Source: Azolla caroliniana
Lineage: Eukaryota > Plantae > Polypodiophyta
DNA length: 64,000 nucleotides
Reading direction: 5' to 3'
Assembly (NCBI GenBank): GCA_043228905.1
Contig: JBHGNT010000013.1
Span: 7,130,001-7,194,000, forward strand
The notes beneath the pieces are model-generated. The model worked only from the letters and a program-made list of their open reading frames with translations. It was not told the origin of the DNA and did no database searches. The translations under genes were made by a program, and so were the position numbers. Position 1 is the first letter of the stretch. Every line of letters begins with the position of its first letter. Shown here piece by piece: positions 35,855 through 46,245 of the stretch.

Positions 35855-38800
35855 TGTCGGGCCTTTCGGCGTTCGATCGTTGCGTAAGTCGGGTGGGAAC
35901 CGCTGGGGTTTTCGACTAGGAGAAAGAAGAATGTGAGATAAGGTTTGTTACGAATAGATTGCAAGATGATGATATGAAACTCGTGAATCCCACGAATATA
36001 GTGTATTAATTTATACTTAGATTAAAACAGAGAAATAGATGGGAAAATCGTCAATTCCCACGAATATTTTATATCAATCAACCCTTATAAAAAATCAACA
36101 ACCATATCCATCTTTTCTCTCTTCCTTATATAGTGATGGAAGAGGCTAAGCGTAACATCATGCTTTTTCCTAAAGTGTTCATGCACACTAGATGTGCATG
36201 AGTTGCCTTTTTCAACCATGCTTTTTTATTTCCTAAATATAGTGCTCATGCACACTAGATGTGCATGAGTAATTGGATTGCGTTTTTCTTCCAAATAAAG
36301 TTTTCATGCACTCTAAAAGTGCATGATTTACTTGTTTTGTAAAAATAGGCGTAAATATAACTCTTATACCTATTAAATCTATATTTAAGTCACTTATGAT
36401 AAGTTAGTACAATGGTAAAGTTTGGGTTTGTTTACATGGAGGTTCAAGGTTTGAAACTTGCCCTATGCATGTAACAATATTTTCTTTTATTTATTTATGC
36501 GTACTTAAATCGGATATATATTTTTACATATTTCACATAGTGTGCGAACTACACTATGACACTCGCCCCCTCCGAACCCGCACATCGTCCGGTATCTGCC
36601 GAAGTTCCCGATGCTTGTTATTCGCCTTCATCCATACCACTCTCCGATTCTCCCCTTATGGCGATTATCAATTGTAGTCCACTTTCTTCACTTTCCGCAT
36701 CCCCGGGATCTTTGTCCGATTGCTCCTCGTTGTTGGTCTTGTCTAAGCTTACATAAGGTTCGTCGTTAGCCCGCTTCTTGAAAATCTTCACCCGTTTCCC
36801 CGCTATAGGCACCCGTAGTACTGTTCCATCCAACTCGCATAGTTGGTAAGTTCCGTTGTCGAAAACTTTCTAAACTTCATATGGCCCGAACAACCTTTTA
36901 GTAAACTTCAGTATCATTGTATGTTGATAATCCAAACTAATATCATAGACAATCACCCAATCTCCTTCTTCAATCTTCCGTGGTCGTAGATGATGTTTTT
37001 TGTCGAATCGACTTTTTCTCCGGAATCGCGCTTCCTGTTGTTGGCGTGTTGCTTCTCGTATGTCTTCCGGTCTTCCCTCTAGTTGTTGTATCCGAACCGC
37101 TAGTAGGTCTTCCCGACTCATTTCTTCCTTCCACGGTAGCACTGTCCATGTTGCAATCGCGATTTCCGTCCGCATTACTGGTGCTTGTCCGGTCATAAGT
37201 TCGGCTGGCATATAACCGGTTAGGGAACTATGCATCGTGCTATCCGCCCATAGTGCATACGGAAGCATCTACGACCAATCCTATCGGTGCATAGATGTTC
37301 GACTACCAATATCTCTTCTTGTCCGAATGCCGATTCCTCTCCGGAGAGTGTTAGGTGCACATCTTCTAACTTCCGTAACACTTTTTTGCAATCGCGAATA
37401 TGGCTGACTACGAACTTTCGGCATCCCCGATCAACCATAGTCTCATCTTTTTCTTCCACCGCACATCCTTTTATCGGAATGTCGTCTAGGAATGACATCG
37501 TTATCGCCGGAATGCAGTCACGGAGCACCTTGTTCATCGCATTCATCATATGTGCGACCGAGTTCATCGCGCCTTCTGGTAGCGTGCACATTTGGACCAA
37601 TCCTATCGGTGTTCGCATGGTAGTGATGTCTCGGCTCTCCACGACTAGTTGGAATTGGTCATACCCGGAGTATAGGTCTCCAATGGAGTATATCGCGCGA
37701 CCGTCAAACGTTTCCACAAATTCGTCCACTATCGGACCGATGCCAGAGTTCACCTTGTTCACCGGTTGCAAATATTGAACAAATCAGAGTGACCCATTCT
37801 TCTTCGGAACCGTAAACCATCGATTTGAATACGGAGCGTTGGATGCCTCTAGAATCCCCATCGCCACCTTGTCCTTGAGCAAATCAATGTATTTCGGAAT
37901 ATGCCCTCGTGGCATCGGAATCGGTTTCAGGTTCCACGACACATGATCAATTGTGAAGATCACCATCGGCTCCACTATCTTCGAGGTAGAACACCCCATC
38001 TCTTTCGATGTGAATGTAAATGCTCTTCCATGTTGCTCCAACATCTCACGAAACCGTTCTTCTTCATTTTGTGAGCGGAACGCACCTCCATAGATCCAAA
38101 GTTTCTTCCGGGTCTCATCCGTGAAGGCATGTTTGATATCCACGGACTTCCGAATTGTCCGATCTCCCGAGACTTTTTTCATCTTTTGTTTGCTATCGGC
38201 GGGCAGTGGTCCACGGTCTTATATTTCGTACATACCATTGCTTCTTCTTTGCGGAGCGCATCTAGTCCCATTTTCGCAATGATCTCATACATCTCGACCG
38301 ATTCCACCGGAATTACCCGGTCTCCCTGGCTATTCTTTTCTATTAGCTCTTCAAGCCGTTGTAGCGTGCTCCCGTAGAACACTTCTTCGACCACTCCCAC
38401 GATTTCTTCAACTTCTTTTATTATTGATGCAGATCATAACTCATCTTGCACCTTTCGGATTTCTATCTTGATTACTCCGGTTATGGCCGTGTACGTAGAT
38501 GCTCCATCCGAACCGATTTGTACTTGCTTTGCTCCGAGAGTTTTCTTCCTATGTGGGGTATCAGGAATTCTCGGACTATTACTTCCCCACTCCATAACAA
38601 TCCGCTTTAAAAATCCATTTTTGTTTGGAACAAGAGCTCTCTCTTGTTCCTTTCGTGATTTGATGGCACGATAAGGAATTGGATGGTTTTCGCTCTGCTT
38701 TGGCTCCGAATTCGGGCAAAAGCCGCTCCGCTATCGAGCACTTTTGTCTCCATCCGTGAACCTGTGATAAAGGCTTTCCCGAGGATCATGGAGTGTGCGA

Positions 38801-40927
38801 CCTCATCTTGCACGAAGAAATTTTGGTCAATCTCCACATCTCCGATCTTGACCGTCACATCTGGACAAGCCGCAAATAAATCTTCCGTTGCTTTAGTGGT
38901 TGCCCGGATTTTCCACCCATGATTAGTGTTAATAGGCCACTTCCCCTTCTGGTAGGACTCCTTGGACATTTAATTGAACTCTGATGCGTAATCAATCAAT
39001 GCTAGTACGGGCTCGTTGATGTTTCCGATTCGGACCAGAGTCTCCGTAGTTGCACGTGCCAAGTGGGGCCTTCTGTAGTGGAAGTTCGGAATTTCATTCT
39101 CCACATCAATGTCAATCATTAGAACGGTATTTGCATTCACCGTTGGAGCATTTTCCTCCGTACTTTGTCTTTTTCTCTTCACAAGATCCACAAGAAGATC
39201 GCGGAACTCCTTCGCTATTCCGAGTAATTCCCGAAGCGAAAAATCTACCCGGCTATCAAGCATTGTCTCCTCGAACACCGTTTTTAAGTCTGTCCGTTGC
39301 GCGATGTCTTAAGAGAGTTTCAATGCCACAAATTGTTTTCCTTTCCCCTTCCCTTCGGAGTTCCAGCTCTCCGGCGTCTTCGATGGTCCGGTCGCATCAT
39401 CTGTGGGCCGTCGTTTCTCATCTACATACAACTCATGTAATTGGCATAGGGTGTACACGCTATTCTTATTGACGGGGCACTCCCATCCCTTAGCTTTTCG
39501 AATGCCTTACGCGATGCTTCAGATCACATTAGAGTTAGTTTTCTGGGGGTTTTCTAACACTTCTAGCCAAAAAGATGCTTTTGCTCCAGATGACTCACCC
39601 ACACATATCCCCGTTGTTGTCGCATAATTGCTTTTCGCCACTATTGCCTCCTCTAGGACCTTCTTCATGCCGCCTTTTTGGAAGTTCGATCGGAGTGGCT
39701 TCCGAGAGTCCATCAAATGAATCCGATTTCCCTCGTAGTAGAGGTCCTATTGTAGCTCCTCCTTGTGCTTGTCGCAATCCTTCCGATCATGTTCCGTGCT
39801 ATCGCACCATATGCATCGACGGTCCATATACTTGGAACTTGTGGGACGGTCATTCGACTTCTTCACCATCTCGATGTTCAAATTCTCCATCTCCTTCAGC
39901 AACTTCTTCACCGTGGTTTCATCGATTCCCTTCTTGGTTGTAGTCTCCTAAGGCCACATTTGATGGTCTTCCAATCCGGATCTTGGTTCCAAAACCATCT
40001 TTTCTTCACTACCAAGCCATTGCCTCCTCTTTGTTAATCGCGTGACGATATCCTATACATTTTCCCATGTATTGGTGAGGCCGCTCTACTACTGCCACAA
40101 TCTCCGACATCGCGCGTTGTTCTTGTAGTATCTGCTCTAACATCGCCATCATGTTGTTAGTTTCCGGTTGTTGATTCTCCATCTCCTTGCCACCCGTCTT
40201 GACGTCGGGTTTACCAAACGTGTCGGGCCTTTCAGCGCTGGATCGTTGTGTGAGTTGGGTGGGAACCGCTGGGGTTTTCGACTAGGAGAAAGAAGAATAT
40301 GAGATAAGGTTTGTTACGAATAGATTGCAAGATGATGATATGAAACTCATGAATCCCACGAGTATAGTGGCTTAATTGATACTTAGATTATAACAGAGAA
40401 ATAGATCGTAAAATCATGAATTCCCACGAATATTGTATATCAAGCAACCCTTATAAAAAATTAACAACCATATACATCTTTTCTCTCTTCCTTATATAGT
40501 GATGGAAGAGGCTAAGCATAACATCATGCTTTTTCCTAAAGTGTTCATGCACACTAGATGTGCATGAGTTGCCTTTTTCAACCATGCTTTTTTATTTTCT
40601 AAATATAGTGTTGATGCACACTAGATGTGCATGAGTAATTGGCTTGCGTTTTTCTTCCAAATAAAGTTTTCACGCACTTTAAAAGTGCATGATTTACTTT
40701 TTGTGTAAAAATAGGCATAAATCTAACTCTTATACCTATTAAATCTATATTTACATAACTTATGATAAGTTAATACAATGGTAAAGTTTAGGTTTATTTA
40801 CATGGAGGTACAAGGTTTGAATCTTGTTGTATGCATGTAACAATATTTTCTTTTATTTATTTATGCGTACTTAAATCGGATATATTTTTTTACATATTTC
40901 ACATAGTGTGCGAATTACACTACAACA
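35855..40927 (-). mobile_element. Internally deleted tRNA-Trp-primed gypsy element (LTRs 40221-40927 and 35855-36561)
   Basis: Two ~707-bp LTRs, PBS TGGTAAACCCGACGTC, PPT GGAGGGGGCGAG. RT pieces DLYSGYDQF and FLDDIPIKG, integrase tail LPYALWAD. Confidence 0.88.
36398..36490 (+). promoter_or_regulatory. tRNA-like A/B-box cassette with a T-run inside the Trp-group LTR (antisense to the LTR)
   Basis: TAGTACAATGG (36405-36415), CAAGGTTTGAAACTTG T-arm-like sequence, then TTTT. Equivalents occur in all six Trp-group LTRs that retain this region. Confidence 0.55.
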
Positions 40928-42690
40928 CTCTCCCCCTCCGAACCCGCACAGCTGTCGAAGTTCCCGATGCTTGTTATTCGTCTTCATCCGTAGCAGTCTC
41001 TAATTCTCCCCTTATGTCGATTATCAATTGTAGTCCACTTTCTTCTCTTTCCACATTACCGTGATCTTTGTCTGATTGCTCCTCGTTGTTGTTCTTGTCT
41101 AAGCTTACATAAGGTTCGTCGTTAGCCCGCTTCTTGAAAATCTTCATCCGTTTCCCCGCTTTAGGCACCAATAGTACTGTCGCATAGTCGGTAAGTTTTG
41201 TTGTCAAAAACTTTCCGAACCTCATATGGCTCGAACCACCTTTTAGCAAACTTCCGTATCGTGTATGTTGATGATCCAAACTATTGTCATAGACAATCAC
41301 CTAATCTCCTTCTTCAATCTTCTGTGGTCGTAGTCGATGCTTTGTGTCAAATCGACTTTTGTTCCGGAATCGCGCTTCCTGTTGTTGGTGTGTTGCTTGC
41401 ACTATGTCTTCTGGCCTTCCCTCTAGTTGTCGTATCTGAACCGCTAGTAGTTGTTCCTGACTCATATCTTCCTTCAACGGTAGCACTGTCCACGTTGCAA
41501 TTGCGGTTTCCGTCCGCATTACCGGTGCTTGTCCGGTCATAAGTTCGGCTGGCATATAACCGATCACGGAACTATGCGTCGTGCGATCTGCCCATAGTGC
41601 ATACGGAAGCATCTACGGCCAATCCTTCACCCTTCCGTCACATGCTTTTACAAGTGCTTTAACGATTGGACTATGTCCTCGCTCGATCTTTTCGTTGGCT
41701 TCCGGATTGTATGCCATGGTTAGTGTTAACCGTACTCCATGTCTGACGAAGAATTCCCTATCTTTATCAGAGTCAAGTTCTCCCCGATCTGCAATCACTT
41801 GTCCTATGCACCCGTACCTGCAGAACACTTCTTCCAAGAGAAATTGGCATACTACAGAACATGTTTTCCTCTGTAGTGCCCGTCCTTCTACGTGGTTTGT
41901 TAGATCTTCCCTGGCTAACATGAAGTACTTCTTTTGTCCGATGTTGGTTGGTATGGCCACAATGTCGACCATCCATTTGAAGTTGATTGTCGGTGAGAAT
42001 GTCGGATGTAATTCATCTCGGTGTTGAACTCCGGAGTAGATTTGACATTTCTCACAACTTTCTGTGAACTCTGCTACATGTTTGTACATATTCTTCCACC
42101 AATATTTTTGTTTGATCTTTGCAAATGTTGCCCATGTTCCCGATGTCCAGCCCAATCGGATTCTTGAAATTCGGACATTATCTGGTTCGTTAGTCTTTTG
42201 TTCCGACTACCCTTAGTGGTATACCATTCGGTCTTTTCGGCTCCCTCCAGATTAATCCATTGTTCAAGAAAAACTTTTGGATTGGACGGTTCTTGCTTCG
42301 GATCTCGACTCTCTTTTCTTTATTGTCCGATGATTCCTCGATTTCTTATAGCACTTTCCCGATCAGCAAACTTTCTCCCTCATATTCTTCTTTCCAGAAT
42401 TCTCAAATTACGTTCACCCGGCATATGTTCTCCGAAGTAAAGCAGTTTTTGGAAACTTCTTCATTATCGGATTCGGCTATGTCGTCTCCGAACCGTGCCC
42501 TTGATAGCATATTTGCTACCGCGTTGTCTTTTCTGGAGATGTGTCGTATCTCCGGATTAAGCGACTTTGCATATGCAATCCATTTTAGCATAGCCACATT
42601 CGGTATCGTGCAACAACGCATCATCCCGAGTATTGGAAGACAATGCGTTTTGATCACTACTTCGGCTCCAATTAAGTAATCTCGATCTGA
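40928..42690 (-). mobile_element. RNase H-integrase-PPT of an upstream Trp-group element sharing the LTR at 40221-40927
   Basis: KDNAVANMLSR, YWWKNMY...CEKCQ, ADRGEL, YNPEANEKIERGH. PPT GGAGGGGGAGAG abuts the LTR. Confidence 0.82.
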
Positions 42691-43080
42691 CTACGGAGCG
42701 TTGGATTAGTCGTCTCCCCAACACGGACCAAGTGTTGCTTGAGGAGGACAAGACTTTGTACTTCTTAAAAGCTGTGGATATGAAGGATAGACGAGAATTG
42801 GGGACTCTTCTTGACGATGATACCCAAGAAAACAGGCTTGTGCCGGACTGGATTGCGGTGAAGCGAGCGTGCAATAGGCTCGACAATCGTGATTAGTGGG
42901 TTGATGACACCGACTTGGCAGGATCGACCGGGGAGAAAATGAGACAACCGAAAGTAGTTGAGCCCAACCCAGAAGAAAAGAATATTGATGACGACATCAT
43001 CGAAGAATTGGTGAAGAAGTTCGAGATGGTCACGCTAGTCAACATGAATCGTCGGGGTCCCAAAGGAAAAGAGCCCTTAT
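42691..43080 (+). pseudogene. Trp-group-like gag fragment
   Basis: EDKTLYFLKAVDMKDRRELGTLLDDD aligns with EDKVLMFVKSIDRKERMDIGIELEDD in ORF 46225. Confidence 0.6.
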
Positions 43081-43901
43081 CCTACTCTTTGTAACCTTGT
43101 TTTCTCATAATATAATCTCATTTTCTTTTACTGTCTTATCTCTCTCTCTCTCTCTCTCATGAGTCACGACAGTTTGAACCGAATCTCTTTTCTTCTTCTC
43201 CAACTTCTTCTTCTTTGTCTTCTCTTAAACTTATTCAAGCAAATCTAGCCATTTTTCTCTCGTAACTATGGAATGGGTATGGAGTCTGTAAGCAAGCAAG
43301 AATATATGCGCATTCTCTCCGAGCTCGACATGATAACAACCAAATTCGTGGCCCTGGAGCAAGAAAATCAAAGATTGCTACGAGACCTAAAACAAGTAAG
43401 TGTTGAAAAAGTACAACAATATGAAGAATTATCTCAATGGGTGCATCAATTGGAGACTACTCCATTGCAACGACAAGCGACGGAAGTTCAAACCTCGCCG
43501 AAAGAACCAAAGATTAGTCTACAGGTCAAGTTTGATGGTACAAGGTCTCAATTTCGTGGATTTTTAAATAAGGTACAACTTGTGATTAAATTACATCCTA
43601 GCCGTTACACAACTGATGTTGCTCGCGTGGGATTAGTTGGTACCTTGTTAACGGGTACCGCATTAGCATGGTTTGCACCACTCCTAGAGAAGCCCTCACC
43701 ATTATTAGAAGATTTTGAAGGGTTTATTAAAGAGTTTCCAGCCAACTTTGGAGTCACAGATAGTATGAGGACCGCAATAAACAAAATTCGACGATTACGA
43801 CAAGGAGATCGTCCTTCTTCCGTTATGGTGCAGATTTTTGCCTTCTAGCATGTGATATTCCATGGGACGAGGCGGAGTTAATGAACCAATTTCTTCAAGG
43901 G
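43081..43901 (+). mobile_element. Third chromovirus fragment: LTR 3' end (to 43171), PBS GTTTGAACCG and gag; resumes briefly at 57099-57118
   Basis: ORF 43273-43848 is homologous to gag 6808-7965. The GL.NDVK-like sequence continues after the AAGGG TSD. Confidence 0.85.
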
Positions 43902-46245
43902 TGTTGCCGTTTAGGAACGTCCGCGGTCAGTCCTTCGACCTAGACCTCAAGTGGGTGTGGAACAACGAACAGGTGTATAAGCGTATTGCGTAAGGGTAGA
44001 ACCCCTGTAACCTATCAACGTATAAGGGAAGACGGCTACAACCAAATCCTTATTCAGGGTTACACTTACGTACTACAACACTTAAGTAATCAAGACACCC
44101 ACTCTGAACTAGCCGTAGCTATACACAGAAAATTAGAGAAGATAGTATTCTATTATAAGGCGTTTCTTTACATTCACCAAAATTACACGCACCTCTATCA
44201 AAGGTTTTCTGCCCTTTATATATGCAGGGTCTAACTAGCCGTTCACGCTTCCTGCGTGAACCATTACATGCGTTATGCTCTTATATAATTTCTTGCTCCT
44301 ACGCTTTTGTTCGTCAGTTACTATTCCGGCAGAAAACACTTGGCACGCCTATGGGACAGTGCCTTTCACGTCGGATCCATCCCTTAATCTTCTTCCAAAA
44401 TGGCCTGGATGTTCAGCTCTGCTGTGGTGTCCTCGTTCGGAAGTGATGTGGGGCCGGTAGGTGCATCGTGGTATGGCTCCTCTGTTTGGTCAGGCTGGTT
44501 TCTTCCGGAGTCGCCGTCGTCGTGTGTGGGTGGTCCAGGTACGGTGGGCTCTTCTTGAGTTAGTGGGTTGGGCTCCTCCGTTGTCGTGCTTGCAGTCGGC
44601 TGGGACTCTGCCTCCATTGTTACATCCTCCGTGGTGTTGGCCGTTTTTGTATATTCTTGGGAGTGGGGCAGAGATTCCGCCTAGTCTGCACCGTTCTCCG
44701 TGTGGTCTGATGATAGTGTGGGCTCGTGCGGCTGAACCTCTTGTTGGGTAGTGGTTTTGCTCTCTGGTCCTGTGGGGAACTCCGCTCGTCGGTCCCTGCT
44801 ATTCTCCCTCGTCATCTCTGGTGATCGGGCCTGAGGTTCCTCTTCTTTGGCTGGGGCCGGAATTGGTGACGCGCTGGATTCCTCGTTTGTGCGCATGTTG
44901 CCGGCCTGCGTGATCTGGTGAAATAGCTCCTCCTGACTTTCACCAAAATCATCTAAGAGCCGTGCGAGTTCTTCGGAGTGTTGGTCTGCTAGCGCACGAT
45001 AGTCTTGCGCTAGGTCCTCCCGTACAGTCGCAATGCTCTCCTCATTTAGTTTATAGAAACCTCGACCATCTTTTCGCCGGTTCTCCCAGTCCGCACAATA
45101 CGCGTGCAATTCCGCTACTTCGGTTGCCCACGCTATCCATCCTTTGTCCAGTGCCGTTTTTAATTGCGCTGTGAACCTTTCCCGGTTGGTTTGGAGAAGG
45201 ATGCGCACGTTATCCGTGATGGCCTAGCAAAGGTTGCGTGCGTCTTCCATCGACTTCTGGAGATTTGCGATTTCCTATTGTTTAATGGCTGCCGCTTCCT
45301 CATACATGGCCTTCAGGCCCGCCCACAGCTAGGATTCCTTTGCATGTTGTTCTTCTAATTTCCCCATCTCGTTGTTTCGACGGTGTCGTAGTGTAGGTTG
45401 CACACTATGTGGAAATTATATTTTTGTCCCTCCGGATAGAGAATGGAGTGCTCGGTGAGAACCGGAAGAAAACGGCATACCGGCAAGGAGGAAAACGGCA
45501 TACCGGCAAGGAGGAAAACGGCATACCGGCAAGGAGGAAAACGGATAAAGAGACATAAATGTAAAAAAAAAGGAAATACTCACTACTGCGCAAGGCGTGA
45601 TTCGAACTCTGCACCTCCATGTTGACAAACCCCAACCTTACCATTACATTAACTTATCTTAAGTGTTTTAAATATAGATTTAATACGTGTATAAGACCTT
45701 TATTTATGCATACCTTTATTAAAAGGTAAATCATGCATTTTTAGAGTGCGTGAATATTTTATAGAAAAACGCAAGCAACTAAAAAGTGACTCATGCACAT
45801 CTAGCGTGCATGAGCACTATATTTAGCAAATAAAAGTAAGGATTAGAAAAGCATCACATGCACATTTAGTGTGCATGAACATATGAGAAAAAGCATGTAG
45901 CTATGCTTAGTCTCTCCCATCACTATATAAGGATGGGGAGCACATTGTAGTTTTTGTTGATTATTTTTCTATAATGATCAATCAATCTAAAATATTCGTG
46001 GGATTCACGAATTTGCTAAAATAATTCTCTCTTACTACCTAAATATTGACTAAATATACTAAACTCGTGGGATTCACGAGATTCTTATCTTATAACTCTT
46101 TATACCTATTCTTTACTAGCCTTATTTGTATTTTTCTTTCTCCTAGTCCAAAACCTCGGCGGTTCCCACCCGACTCACGCAACGATCCAGAGCCGAAAGG
46201 CACGACACAGTTGGTGAACCCGACGTGAAGACGGGTAGCAAGGAG

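Noticed and set aside
45455-45545. 23-bp direct repeats as a CRISPR array
   Set aside because: The units are contiguous with no unique spacers, lie inside an LTR, and no cas genes are present.
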